The notes: a model not told the origin generated them from the sequence alone. A stretch of DNA of 64,000 nt from Azolla caroliniana (GCA_043228905.1 JBHGNT010000006.1:16430001-16494000); one strand, 5' to 3'; numbered from the stretch's first letter, positions 25,388-39,705 are shown. Numbers and translations are program-made.

Positions 25388-28300
25388 AAAGAGAAGAGGT
25401 GGTTCGCAGATACGCAGAAGGGAGAAGGAAAGAGAAAGAAACTGCACACTTAATTACAGTAATAGTCGATTACAATATCCAGAGATTGCAAACTCTGACA
25501 AATACAACCGGCAAGGCGGCAATGGACCCGACACGGGGATCCTACTCACGGACACAGACAGAACACACTCGACTCAGAGAAACAAAAAGGGGAGAGCCTC
25601 TGCTGGAAGCACACGGGCTGTCCACGAAGTAGAGGCAGCGAACTCCCGACACCCACAGAGGCCGACGATCGAAGGAGAAGAGAGAGCTCGACACTGAGAT
25701 CTGCAACAGCACTCCGTCCTTGCCAACGTGCAACACCCTTTCCTCCTTCTCTCCTTCCTTAAATAGTTCGCAAAAGGGGGGAGGGTCCCCTTTCTCCCTA
25801 GTCAAAACCGCTTTATTCCCTATCCCTTTCGAAAGAGATACGCACAAATCCCCTAATGAATGTGTACTACCTAGTATTTACATCAGCCAACCTAATTACG
25901 AATTATGTACAGAATATCAATTCTCGCGTCCACCCGTGTAAGAGCCGGTTCATGCGCCTTTTTCTCTGATTCCGCCCATGCCCGGTTTTCTTCACGACAT
26001 CCACCCCCACCAAACCGCGCATCCACCGGCATGCGCCAGAGACGGGTAGATGCGGAAGAAAACCGGCTTCACTCGTCGCTCTCCGATTCTTCGTCAGGCC
26101 CGAACCGATCGTCGTCGTCGCTCTCGCTCGCCGGTTCCGGCTCGTCTTCGAACCGCTTCTTGAACGCTTTGATCCGCTTTCCAGCCACCGGTACCGCTAA
26201 CCGTGTCCCGTCGAGTTCCGCTAGGTGGTACGTGCCATTGTTGTTCGCACTCGTCACCGTGTAGGGCCCGAACCATCTCCTAGCAAACTTTCGCACCGCC
26301 TTGTGTTGATTGTCGAGGTTGCTGTCGTATACCAAGACCCAGTCGCCTTCCTCGATCTTCTTTGGTCGCAACTGGTGCGTCCGATTGAACCGGGTCTTGT
26401 TCTGATCCCTTGCCGTCCGCAACTTTTCCTTCGCCCGTTTCACGTCCTCTGGCCTCTACTCGAGTTGCCGAATCCGCGCCGCCAGCAACTCCTCCCGGCT
26501 CATCTCGTCCTTCCAATCTACTGCCGCCCATGAAGAAACCGTCCGTTCCACCAGCATGATCGGCTTCTGTCCGTACATCAGCTCTGCCGGCATAAACACT
26601 GTCACCGAACTATGCGTAGTTCGGTCCGCCCATAGTGCGTAAGGAAGGAGCCGCGGCCAATTCCCGACCTGCCCTCCGCATGCACGCACCAACGCCTTTA
26701 CGATCGGCCCATGCCCACATTCTACCTTCCCGTTCGCCTCGGGATTGTACGACGTAGTGAGGGAGAGTTTGACCCCTAGCCGGTCGAACAACTCTTGAGC
26801 TTCCCGTGCATCCAGCTCTCCCCGGTCCACCACGATCCTCCCAACGCACCCGTACTAACACACTACCTCTTCGATCAAGAACCGGCATACCGTTGCGGTT
26901 GTCTTGTTCTGTAGTGCACGGCCTTCCACCTGGTTCATTAAGTCTTCCCGCGCAAGCACCAGGTAACGCATCTGTCCTACTCCCATGGGCATCGTCACCA
27001 AGTCCACCATCCACTTGAAATGGACCGCAGGTGGGTAAGTCGGGTGTAGCTCATCCCGATGTCGGAGTACGGAGTGCATCTGATAGCTTTCGCAAGTCGT
27101 TACGAACCGATGCACGTCCTGGTACAGCCCCGACCACCAATACTTCTCCTTTAGCTTCTCGAATGTGGCCCACGTTCCGTGGTGCCCGGCCCAGGGACTC
27201 TCGTGAAATGCCGCCAATAGTTCCTCCTGTTCTTCTTTCTTTGCCACTACTCGGAGCGGGATGTCGTTTCTCTTCTTTGGGTGCCTCCATATGCACCAGT
27301 CCCGTAGGAAGAATTGGTACGCCTTCTTCCGTACCCGGCTCGCTTCTTCTCTTGTCCACGCTGCGTCCGGCGTCATCGCCCGTAGGAACCTCCCGATTTG
27401 GAGCCACTCCCCGTCGTACCTGCTTTCGTCGAATTCATTAAGCGCCAGAGTGTCCCCTTTCCTCATCGCCACATTAGCCGACCCGAAGAAGTCCTCGCCG
27501 ACTTCTTCGTCATCCGAAACCATGCCGTCTTCGTTGTTGAACCTTGCTCTCGAAAGCATGTCGGCCATGGCGTTATCCTTTCCAGAGATGTGCCGTATCT
27601 CCAGGTTCAGGGACTTAATGTACGCTATCCACCGGAGCATTGCTAGGTCCGGCGTTGCGTATCCGGAAACCATGCCGAGTATCGGCAGCCAGTCTGTCTC
27701 GATTGTTACCTCTGTCCCAATCAGGTAGTCCCTGTCGGCCTTGACTGCCGAAACGATACCCCGTAGTTCGCGCTTAACTTGGGTGCATCCTCGCTGTCGC
27801 TCGTTCAATACCTTCGCCCCGAACCGGATCGGGAACCGTGCGCCGTCCTCGTTCTCCTTGTTGATCACCCACCCGATCCCGGTCGGGCTCGTGTCCATCG
27901 TTACGTAGATGGGGACCCCCTTACCGTAAACCGCTTTACGGAGCGTTGGCGCTACCGTAAGCGCCTCCTTTAGTCTCGGACCGAATCCGTGTCCTCCGTC
28001 CTCCACTCAAAGCTACGCCCCTTTTTCAATAGTCCGTAGAGGGGTTCTGCGACATGTATGTAGTGCGGGATCCAGATGTGGTAGAACGTGCATGCTCCCA
28101 AGAATCTGCGGACCTCCGTGACAGACCCGCAATCGTTCCTCATCGCGGAGATGGCCTCTACCTTTGCCGGAGACGGTTTCCTACAGGTGTCCGACCACGA
28201 AGATCGCCGACTGCACGAACACCGAGTTTTCTCTGGAGAAGGTGAGTCGTGCGCTTTCGAGCCTCTGTAGCACCTTCTCGCAGTCGTTGATGTGCTTCAC

Positions 28301-31300
28301 GACGAACCTCCGGCATCCGTCTGGCCCGACAGTCTCGTCCGCATCATCCACCGGACACCCCTTTATCAGGATGTCGTCCAAGAATGGGATGGTGATGTCC
28401 GGGATGCAGTCCCTCAGCACCTTGTTCATTGCGTTCACCATATGCGCCACCGAATTCGTCCCGCCTTGTGGTAGGGTACACATCCGTACTAGGCCGAGAG
28501 GGGTTCGCATCGTCATGATATCCCTGCTCTCCACGGCTAGCTAGAACTGGTCGTACCTCGAGTATAAGTCACCAACCGAATAGATCGACCTTCCAGCGAA
28601 GGCCTCTGCGAACTCGTCTATGGTCGGTCTGATTCCTGCATTACGGATGGTCACCCTGTTGACCGGTTGCAGGTCCTGAATGAAGCGCAGCGTGCCGTTC
28701 TTCTTCAACACCGTAAACCACCGATTCGAATACGGGGCACTCGACGGTTCGAGGATGCCCATCTCCACCTTTTGCTTCAGAAGCTCCATCAACTTCGGGA
28801 TGTCCGCTCTCGGCACCGGAATCGGTTTGAGATTCCACGGTACATGCGGTACCGTGAAGATCACCATCGGTTCGACGATCGTCGGGTCCACGCACCCGAT
28901 CTCCTCCGGCGAGAACGCGAAGGCTTTCCCATGCCTTCCTAGCATTCTCTGAAACCTGTCCTCCTACGCCGGCAGTAGAAAGCCACCCCCACAGACCTTG
29001 AGCTCCCGTAGCGTTATGTCGGTGAACCGGTGCCCTATGCCAGCCGGATTCCGTAAACTTGGGTCTGATGCGACCCCTTTTATCTGCTCCTCGCTGCCCT
29101 TCGACAAGGGTGCCGCGACTGGCCTCACCTTCCGGTCCACAGTCTTGTACTTTGTATCCACCCGGGCCGTCCGATCCGACCCGATCCTTTCCCCAAAGTC
29201 CATGATGACTTTGTACATTCCCATGGAACTAACCGGAACGGTCCGGTCTTCTCTAAGGCCTTCACTGATCACCTTTCATAACTCGCCCAAGGTGTTGTCA
29301 AAAGAGACCGCCTCCACGGTGCCGCTGATTTCTTCATCGGAGGAGAGGACTCTGCATCCCGTGAGCCACTCCTCCGCTCGCTTCCTCTCCCAGCCGCTGA
29401 CGCCGGCTATAGTACAACCTCCGTTTTAGGAGAACCAAAACTTCCTACCTACTGCACATGTGTGGGGTTCTTCCGATACGTCTGGACTACCACGGCCCCA
29501 CGCCTTGATAGCCCTCTCTAAAAATCCCCTCGGTTGTCGCCGCCGAGGGTCTCGCGATTCCTCTCATGATTCGGACGTACGGTCATGAATTGGACGGAAT
29601 GCTGACCGTCCTGGCTCTTGACGCGCGCATACGCCGAACCGTTGTCCAGCACCTTCGTCTCCATGCGTGCTGTCGTAATGTATGGCTCGCCGAGAATCAC
29701 CGGGTGCGAGGATGTTTCCTGCACGAAGAAATGTTGATCTATCTCGACGTCACCGACCTTTATGCGTATATTCGGGCACGCACCATGCAGCTCCTTCGTA
29801 GCACGCGTCGTCGTGCGTATCTTCCACCAATGCTTGGTGTTGATCGGCCATTTACCCCTCTTGTAGAAATCCATGGACATCAGGTTGATTTCAGATCCAT
29901 GGTCTACCAAGGTCACCACCGGTTCCGGAACGTCGCCAATCCGCACAGGGGTTTCCATAGTTGCCTTGGCCCAATGCGGCTTCGCGTAGTGGCTTCCCGC
30001 CAACTCGTCTTCTAGGGTCGTGTCTTCTAAGTGCATAGTCCGCACCTCCACCGGCTTCTCCGGTTTCGGCTCCGTCGAGAGCCTCTTCCGCTTCAACAAG
30101 TCTACGATGGAGTCGTGGAACTCCCTCTTGGCGATTCCCAGCACCTCCCACAATGACAACTCCACTTTACTGTCAAGGATCCGCTCTTCAAGGACCTTCC
30201 GTAGGTCCGTTGCTCTCTCAATTTCAGTGCTCAACCGAAACCCCGTCTGCTTCTTCCCATCCAGCGCGCCTGGGTTGCCGGCACCGGTCGGTTTCGGTCC
30301 GAATCGGGTCTCGTACCTCTGCGGGGGACCGACCCCTCCGGCCTTCCCTACCCGTTTTGTCTTCCACCAGAACCTCATAGTTCTGGCAAGCGGCTTCTAC
30401 GAAGCCCGTTTTCTCTTCAATTGGATCGTCCCATCCGGTGACCACCTGGACGCGCTATTCCGCGCGGTCCGCCTCTTCCTTCTTCAGCCGAACTCCGGAG
30501 AGGCCTTCTAGCACCAACGGCCAGAATCCCGAGTCCTTCGCCTTCCGGGTCTCATCACGCCCGACCCAAATTCCCGCCGACACTGAGTAGTTAACGACTT
30601 CTACATGCCATGCCGCGGCCTCCTCCATCAACCTCTTCATTCCGTCGTGCCCCGTATTCAGTTCTAGGGCTCTCCTGGTCTCGCTCGTGCGCACCCGCCC
30701 GTTCCAGAGGTACACCACGTTGGTCCTGAGTGCGTTGGCGAAATCCGCGCAATCCTTCCGAATGTGACCAATCGCGTCACACCACATGCACCGCTACCCA
30801 GCCGGCGGCTTCCGGTCGCGAGGTTGTTCGCCGCTGTCTCTCCGTGCCTGTGCGATCTACAAGTCGCGTACCATCTGTGTCAGCTCCTCCAGAGCCGCAC
30901 CTCTGGATGGGCCTCTGACCACGTCATTCAATGCCGACCCCAACTCCACCCAAATTCGGGTCTCTTCCTTCCTAGCACCGATACCGGCTCCTAGAGCCTC
31001 CTCGCTGACACCGGCCCTGACCCCGACGAGCTTTCGTCGCTCCAATCGCACCGCTTGTCTAAACAGCTCAAACCCGTTTTACCACGGCCTAGTCTGCCGT
31101 GAGCCCTTCGTCCGTTTCCAATAGGGGACCCACCTTTTCCCTGTCGAGCGCATCCACTGACTTGACAAATAGTAGTACTCGACTTGTTTCGAGCACGGTC
31201 CGGTCTAGCGTCGACAGCCGCACGAACCATTTTTCAAACTCCTGGAGGAGCGCCGATGTGTTCCTCCCTTTTCCGGGGCTTTTCACCCATGCCATGAAGT

Positions 31301-31752
31301 CCCGCCTCGACAACCAAAGCGAGTCGTCAAACTCGTACTTCTCGAGGAGCTGCAGCTCGAACTCCTCCCAAATCTGGCATCCGGCCAGCACCTCGAGCAC
31401 CTCCACGTGGATGCTCAGCGTCACCACCCGAGGGAATCCGGACAACCGCCTGTCCACCAGGATATCCCTCATGATCCTTTCGGCCCGGTAAGCCTCCAAA
31501 TAACTTGTGGCGTCTTTCCCTCTGAACTGGCCTATAGTGCCGACGATCGATTAAATCGCTCTGTCGAGAGTACCCGTCCCCTCACGAGCGCTTACCAGCC
31601 GGTCGACGGCTACTGCCATTGCCTCTGGTAGCTCCAATCCCGTCATCTTTCGACTCTTTTGCCACCTTTTCATGTCAGGTTCACCAATGATGTCGCGGTT
31701 TTACGTGCGTGCATGTAGAAAGAGGTGGGGCCACGGGGGCCTTGAACCGAGG

Positions 31753-31811
<59 letters not shown>

Positions 31812-32430
31812 AAGAGAAGAGAGGAGAAGGTTCGCAGATACGCAGAAGGGAGAAGGAAAGAGAAAGAAATTGCACACTTAATTACTGTAACAGTCGATTA
31901 CAATATCCAGATATTGCAAACTGTGACGAATAGAACCGGCAAGGCAGCGATAGACCCGACACGGGGATCCTACTCACGCACACAGACAGAACACACTAGA
32001 CTCAGAGAAACAAAAAGGGGAGAGCCTTTGCTGGAAGCACACGGGCTGTCCACGAAGTAGAGGCAGTGAACTCCCGACACCCACAGAGACCGACGATCGG
32101 AGGAGAAGAGAAAGCTTGGCACTCAGATCTGCAGCAACACTCCATCCTTGCCAACGCACGACACCCTTTCCTCCTTCTCTCCCTCCTTAAATAGTTCGCA
32201 AAAAGGGGGGGGGGGGTCCCCTTTCTCCCTAGTCAAAACCGCTTTATTCCCTGTCCCTTTCAACAGAGATACGCACAAATCCCCTAATGAATGTGTACTA
32301 CCTAGTATTTACATTAGCCGACCTAATTACGAATTATGTACAAAATATCAATTCTCGCGTCCACCCGTGTAAGAGCCGGTTCATGCGCCTTTTTCTCCGA
32401 TTCCGCCCATGGCCGGTTTTCTTCACGACA
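25292..32430 (-). mobile_element. Element C: full-length degenerate tRNA-Trp-primed gypsy
   Basis: LTRs 31691-32430 and 25292-25999; TSD ccgg/ccgg; PBS tggtgaacctgacatgaa 31669-31686; PPT 26000-26016; gag CMWCDAIGHIRKDC, protease LVDHGSEINL, RT PQGGTNS/FLDD, integrase YNPEANG, WFGPY. Confidence 0.96.
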
Positions 32431-34414
32431 CCGGTCGAGGATTTCAGGGATCAGAGGGAGCGGATAGCGGTTGCACAGTGTGAGTTTGTTGAGACCCCAG
32501 TAGTCTACACATAAGCGTAGAGAGTCGTCGTTCTTCACGAATAATATGGGGGCCTTGGCCGGTGACTTAGAAGGTTGAATAATCCTTTCACGAGGTTCTC
32601 ATTGAGATACACTCGAAGGGCCTTTAGCTCTGGTGTAGACAATGCATATAGAGGACCAAAGGGTGGACACATGCCTTCTTGAAGATCGATGGGATAGTCG
32701 TAGAGGCGGTGTTCAGGCAACGATCTGCATTACGTTTCTTAAATACATCAGAGAAGTCTTTATACTTGTCGGGAATAGCGTGGAGTGTGTTAGAAGTAGC
32801 TCCACAAATGGCGAGCGGGTGATGAACTAAGGGTGGAGTAGTCGATTCAGGATCAACTGTCTCTGAAGGATGTGAATTGGAATTGGCCTTCATAGTTGTG
32901 CGCGAGCATCCTGGCTCGTTAAATGTGATCGAGCGATGGCATCAATCCACTATTGGATTGTGCGGCTCTAGCCATGATAGTCCTAAGAAGATCGGATGCC
33001 GAGGGGATGCGATGAGGTAAAAGGGGAGCTCCTCCTAGTGGGAGCCCACACGAAGCCCTAATGGAATTGTAATCTTAGTAATTGCTCCTGATGAGAGGAC
33101 ACACCCATCAATGGCTTCAACATGAATGGGTTTTGAGAGGCATATGATGGGTATCTCATGTGCTTGGGTGAATGCGACATCGATGAAGCAAGAAGACACT
33201 CCAGAATCAAGTAAGGCGAGAGACTTAATGGAACCAGAATTAAAAGAAAGGCATACCTCCAATGTGAAATTGCCTGATGTTCTTGCTATGGAACCACGAG
33301 AATGTGGATGACGGGAGACGTCCAGCTGCACGGCTCCTACTGCAACCGGACAATGTTGTTTTCCGGATACTAGGGTCTATTGGCTCGATGGAATGGTGCG
33401 CGATTACTCCTAGGATAATGGCGACAGAGATGACCCGAGCCCCCACAATATAAGCGCAATTCATTAGCCCGCTGAAATTGTCGTTCGGCATCAATCAATG
33501 GCCGAAAGCGAGCTTAATCAATTTCCATTGGGACTGGAGCATCTGCCAAAGTAGGGGAGTGTGATGCCACCGGAAGGAGTGATAATTGGGGTTGTACGAC
33601 TGGGGCATGTCGTGGATGTGAATGAGTCAAACCCCAAGTCTGGCGCTCTTCCTGACGAAATTGAAAAAGACGATTGTCAGAATGGACTGCTTGTGAAATC
33701 GCTTGGGATAACGTGGGTTTAGGAAAGTTCAAGAGAAGATTCTTGACATTGCTCTGAAGGCCCTGCCGAAAGTGATCAATTAAAGCTTGATCATCCCAGT
33801 TGACATCACATGCTGGTTGTCGAAATTCCGAAGCATAGACAAAAGTTGCATGCAAACCTTGTTCGAGTGCATAAAGCTTGGTGAGTGTTGTACATCACCG
33901 GTCCGTCTCGCCAAATGTGGCCTCTAGCTCGGTGAGGAAGGCAAGAAAGTCCTCCAATAGAGGTGACAAAGTTTCCACTAAAGGTGCAAACCAAGCTTGG
34001 GTCGAACCCGGAGAGGAGGGTGCCCACAAGTCCAACTTGTCGAAGACCATCTGCATAACGTTGAGGTTGTAATGGAATGATTAGGCGAATTTGGTTGATG
34101 AACCCCAGGAAACGTGACCTCATTCCATCAAATTTTTCTGGGAGGCTAATCTTAGGCTTAAGAAAATGAGAAGAAGCTAGATCAGATGTTGGTAGAAGAT
34201 TGGGCTACGGGCAAGGTTGTGATGGGGTATTAGGCTTTATGGGTTATGAGAATAGGGAGGCACCGACTTGAAGTTCTCGTAAAGAATTCCAAAGGGCTTC
34301 ATTTTCAAGCTGGAGTTGTTGTAAGGCTGTCATTATCTGGCTTGTCACAGGCTGGGTCGGACATGGCTACAACTAATGAGAAGGAGAGCTACGAGGATGG
34401 GAAGGTGAACAAAC

Positions 34415-34748
34415 TAACATGAGTAGAAGATATACGCAAGAGAGTAGAAGATAATCAAAGGGATGAGTTGATTAATTGAAAGACTTTGTAATTGGTGTTG
34501 TTCACTTTGATTGTAATCTAGATGAACACACATATTTATACAAGTTCTGAGATTGAATATCCCTAGAATATACCTAAGAAATATCTCTGAAATATCCCTA
34601 AGAAATATCTCTAGAATATACTCATCTAGAATATACCATAGAACATTTCTAGAATATACCATAGAACTCTAGAATATACTAAACACTAGAATATTCTATA
34701 TGCTAGACTATACAATATTAACCATATAGAATTTATATATAGCTTACA
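34415..34748 (-). repeat. Probable 5' LTR of the Tcn1-like element, with ctagaatata-type short repeats
   Basis: TGTAAGC terminus on - strand, TATAAATA box at 34533-34540, position upstream of gag; no second LTR to confirm the inner boundary. Confidence 0.6.
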
Positions 34749-35398
34749 GGTGTCCAAATGGTTTATCTAATATTAAGTATTGGGTGTGTTATAGGTCAGA
34801 GGTTCGAGTCTATGACACAATCTTGTTGAGGCACTTTGTTTTGAAAGAAGCTCTTTACATTCTTGAATATCTTCTTCAAGTTCTGCAACCATTTTCTTAA
34901 GGCTTTCAATCTCAACTATTTGGAGCTTAGTGATCTCATTCATTAGTATCCTAATCGATTCACATTGTTTGTTTATGGTTTCTTGAAGAGAAATCAAGTG
35001 ACTCATAATCATTTTGTCCATTGTGGCTGAGAGAGAGAGAGAGAGAGAGAGATTTAGCGTTCATAGAGAGGTCAATACCTAAGTACAAAAGTTATCATGA
35101 TGTGTGTCTCCTTCTTAAGAAGGGATATTCATACTTTTAAGCACCAAGTCTCAATGTGCGTGTGCGAGCGAGAAAGAGACAAAGATATATTAATGTTTAC
35201 TGAGATCAAATTTGGCCCATGAGACAACTGATTACAGTAATGGGATATGTACCCCTCATCGAAAATAAAAAAATAGAAAAAATAAATAAAAGAGTTTTAG
35301 CATGATAAAAAAAATGTTATGGGGTGTGGCATGTTCTATAAAAGAAAAGGAGAGGGGGTTTTTGATGCGGGTCTGCCCCATGGTCTCCCATTCCCTTA

Positions 35399-38300
35399 TG
35401 TGAAGAATTGGATGGATTCTATGCAATGGAAGAATTGTGTGTGAGTGTGTGTAGAGAGAGAGAGAGAGACAGAGAGAGACAGAGAGAGCTCACGATTACA
35501 AAAAATCAGAAAACTGTATTACAAAGAAAGCAAGAACAACCAACATATACAACGAGAGGGAGAAGGTGCTTATGTAGTCACCTTCTCTCTAAGTTCTCTC
35601 ACTAGTACAACCTCTTGGGAAAGAGGTCGTGTCTTAACTACCTAAGGAATATGTGTCATAGGACATTAACTTCTATGACACACTAGTTACTATACAAGGA
35701 ATTTCAGTTTGATTCTCAACACGCCCCTTCAAACACAACTTCGGGCTTCAGCTTCCGGAAGGTTGGTTCGGATTGGTCTTCGGGAACAACTACGACGACT
35801 CAAACTTCGGCTTCAAACGACCACGTGTAGTCCTGACGGGTGTAGTCCTACTACTCCCCCTCAAGCTCGGTTGGTCGATGGTTGAAAGACCCATGTTGGT
35901 CGTGAACTACCACAACTTGTTGACTCTGAGGGCCTTGGTGAAGATGTCGGTCCTCTGTAGGTTTGTGTTGATGTATTGTAGGTGGACATCCCTAGCCAGA
36001 ACACACTCTCGGATGAAGTGATAGTGCACTTTGATGTGCTTAGTTCGAGCATGGAAGACTGGGTTCCGAGCAAGGTGAATACTGCTCATGTTATCGCAAT
36101 AGAGGAGAATCGGATCCTTGATGGGAACGCCCAGATCCTTCAAAATTTTCTTGATTCAAACAGCTTTGCAGGTGGCTACGGCCGCGCCCCTGTATTCGGC
36201 TTCGGTGCTTGACAATGCAACTGTCGGTTGTTTCTTACTACTCCACAATATGGCACCACTGCCGAGAGAAAAGACAAATCCAGATGTTGATCATCAGTCG
36301 GCTCTATAGTCGGCCCAGTCGGCATCAATATAACCTTCGAGTCATATTGGTGTGGCCGATTTGTAAAGGATGCCGAAATCCATGGTTCCACTCACATACC
36401 TTAGCACTCGCTTAGCACAATCAAGATGGATGTCTCGTGGAGTTTGCATAAATTGGCTAAGGAGGCCGACCGGGTAACTCAAGTCGGGTCATGTAATTGT
36501 GAGGTAGATGAGGCTTCCTACTAGTTGACGATAATGCGTTGGCTCACACTCTCTAGTGCATGAGTCGACATCTAGCTTTAGATTTCAATCAAGAGGAGTG
36601 GTGATGGGCTTACACTATGTCATCCCAAACTTGTAAAGAAGATTGAGGGTATAGTTCTTTTGAGAAAGCATGATGCCGTCTGGAATCCGAATTACTTCTA
36701 TTCCTAGAAAGTAATGGACCTCCTTCATATTAGTCATGTTGAATCGGCTGGAGAGGAGCTTATTGATGTGCTCAATATACGTTAAATGCTCTCCTCCTGT
36801 GACCAAATCATCCACATAAATGACGATAAATACTTGTCCTCTAGAGTCACTCCGGATGATCAGAGAGTTGTCGGACTTGGACATGTTGAAGCCGATTTGA
36901 TGACGATATTACATTATCTTCGAATGCCATGCTCTCGGTGCCTGCTTCAAACCATAGAGAGGCTTTTTAAGTCGGCAAACATCAGTCGGATGTGCAGTCG
37001 ACACGAATCAGGGTGGTTGCACCATGTACACCTCTTCATCTAGCTCGCCTTGCAGAAAGGCGTTCTTTACGTCCATTTGGTGGAGGTGCCACCCTTTTGC
37101 TGTTGCAAGCGCGATCGAGGTTCAAATTGTACTCAACTTTGCCATCGCGGCAAAGGTCTTTTCGTAGTCGACACCGTGCGTCTGCGCGTACCCCTTTGCC
37201 ACAAGCTGAGCCTTGTACCGATGGATAGTGTCGTCGGCGTTGTGCTTTATCTTGAAGATCCACTAGCATCCAATTGCCTTGTGGTGGTTTGAAGAAGGGA
37301 CGAGATCCCATGTCTCGTTCTTGGAGAGTGCTTGCATCTCCTCATCCATCGCTTCAACCCATCTAGGGTCCTTCACGGCGTCGGAATAGTTTTCCAGTTC
37401 TCACACTGTCGACACATTCATCATGAATGCATAATGATATGCCATGTAGTCACTGAATACATTCTTTCTTGGGTGGATCAACGGGGTTCTCTTGGTGTCC
37501 TCAGGATGGGACATCCAATCTATCAAACTCACTATCTTATAAGTGAGTCAATTCATTTCCAACTGAGTCTTCAAACTCTGGCATTTTGGCCTTTCCTTTG
37601 TCCTATTTCGGATTCGTCCGCGACGTGCTTTGCTCGCTTCGAGGCTCTTGCGATCCACTCAATTGGTTGAGATTGGACTTTCCTTTGATGTGAACCTCGG
37701 TCAATCATCCTGCTCCGCATCTGTGTCGAACTTGGTTTCGATTGTGTCGGATGGGGCTGATTCGACTATATACTAGGATGTTGACTCGTCAAATGCTACA
37801 TCCCTACTCACTCGTACCTTCTTGGTGGAAGGGTTGAAGCACTTATAGCCCTTTTGCTTGAGTGAGTACCCTATGAGTATACATTTCTCTGACTTGAGAT
37901 CGGGCTTTTGCTGCAGGTCGTCGGGGATATGTACATATGCAATTGAACCCAATATCCTAACATGAGATAGATCTGGTTTCTTCCCATAGAACTTTTCATA
38001 GGAGGTAACTTCGTGCACTCCTGATGTTGTGCAACGATCCATTAGATAAATGGTTGTATTCACCGCTTCATCCCAATATGACTTTGGTAGATGTTTCTCG
38101 TTCATCATTGCCCTTGCCACCTCGAGTATGTGTTGATTCTTGCATTCGGCTACTCTGTTCTGCTGAGGTGTGTGTCGGCAGGTAAACTCTCGCCGGATTC
38201 CTTCTTGTCGAAAATATGTTGTAAAGGCGTCAGAGAAGTACTCCTTGCCACCATCTGATCGATGGCATCAGACATGCCGACCAGTTGCCTTTTCGACTTC

Positions 38301-39450
38301 ATTTTTGAACCTTTGGAAGTGTACAAACACTTCGCTCTTCTACTGCATGGGGGTAGATCCAGGTATGTCTAGAGAAGTCGTCAATGAACGTTACATAGTA
38401 CCGCCAACCACCGAATGTTGTCGTCTGGGCTGGTCCCCATACATCTTAATGTATTACATCTAGGATCCCTTTGCTTGTGTTCCTCTCCTTTAGGAACGAT
38501 TGTCGGTATTGTTTCTCGAATTGACAAGCTTCACACACACCTGCAATTTCCTTATTGGTGAAGGTCGAGAGTCCGGTGACAACTCCTTTTGACTGCATTC
38601 CCTTGAGCTTTTGGAAATTGATGTCGCATATCCTCTTGTGCCACAGCTCGGATCTCTGGCCCTTGCCATACATTGCCGAGTTCATCTCATGAGAGTCGAG
38701 GATGAACATCCGACCCTAGCGATGGGTCGGCCTTCTTTTTCGATGAAGCATCCTCCATTGTTGAAGCAGACTTGCATGCCTTGTTCGACTATCTAGCCAA
38801 CTGAGACCAGATTCTTTGTTATTGTAGGAACATGCAAAAAATTCTTGATGTATGTTTGGTTGCCTTCTTCCCCAAATGGGACATCGCCAATATGTTGAAT
38901 GGGATGAATTGTGTTATCCCCAGTTTCCACATAGTTGGGTCGTTCGGGCTTTCATATCTCCTTGAACCAATCTTCATGGGATGTCATGTGGTTTGATGTG
39001 CCCGAGTCGACAAACCATACATCTTGTGGTTTGGCGGCGTTGGTGGGGTTTGTGGCTGTCATCGAGTGCGCTCTGTGCCTCATCACAAACTTTCTGCCAT
39101 GATTATCGTAGTCGGATTTGGAAACGTAGTTTGTGCATTGTCGGCTTGTGGAGGCCGACTCACTCTTCTTTTTCCGACACCCTACTTCACAGTGGCCGAA
39201 TTTACCACAGTATCCACACTGAGCGAGATTGTTTTGTCGACTAGGTCCGGCTTGATTGCTCCCCCTTCTTCCGGATGCTCCACCTCACGTGTTCGAGACG
39301 TCTTGTCGGTAATAGAAGTTGTGTTCTCGGGGTTGCTCTTGGTTGTGTTGGTGTTACCGATTAGGAACATGGTTCGCGGTCAGTCCTTTCACCGCCGAAT
39401 AGGACAGAGCCGGAGAACCTGCAACGTAAATGGACGGCCCCACTTGTACC
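35399..39450 (-). mobile_element. 5'-truncated degenerate Ty1/copia element (same family as 1-1645) with 3' LTR
   Basis: 3' LTR ~35399-35721; PPT ttgaaggggcg 35722-35732; RNase H LYCDNMSSIHLARNPVFH; RT IYVDD; integrase KSYWDEAVNT, TTSGVHEVT; protease WFVDSGTSNH; CGYCGKFGH knuckle. Confidence 0.92.
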
Positions 39451-39487
39451 ATAATGTAAAAATAGGTTGTAGATAACTATTACAAAA

Positions 39488-39538
39488 AGAAGAAGAAGAA
39501 GAAGAAGAAGAAGAAGGAGAAGAAGAAGAAGAAGAAGA
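39488..39538 (+). repeat. (GAA)n microsatellite
   Basis: Run of gaa units with one gga interruption. Confidence 0.95.
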
Positions 39539-39705
39539 GAAGATAGCGACTATTAAAATGACTAAATGCATGCACAAACTCCTAGTTCAAGAACACGCGG
39601 CACCACGATGGCTCACCGCCCAATGAACCCTAAGCCACAAAAGGAAGGAAATAGAAGATTTTCTGCACAAAACAGAAACCCATCTTCTAGCAATCAGCAC
39701 TCCCA

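Larger units (their letters stand above)
22927..34748 (-). mobile_element. Degenerate Tcn1-like chromoviral gypsy, 3' end deleted, split by element C
   Basis: gag (FLGFINQIRL; ATG ~34364), protease [20 protein letters not shown] / MPFCLTNAP / YLDDILI, RNase H HPVAYYSRK, integrase YHPQTDGQ, HDVFHVSLLEP; probable 5' LTR ~34415-34748 (TGTAAGC on - strand). Confidence 0.88.

Noticed and set aside
1-39450. Copia pieces at 1-1645 (+) and 35399-39450 (-) as one inverted element
   Set aside because: Both contain the same protease-integrase region and differ substantially, so they are separate copies
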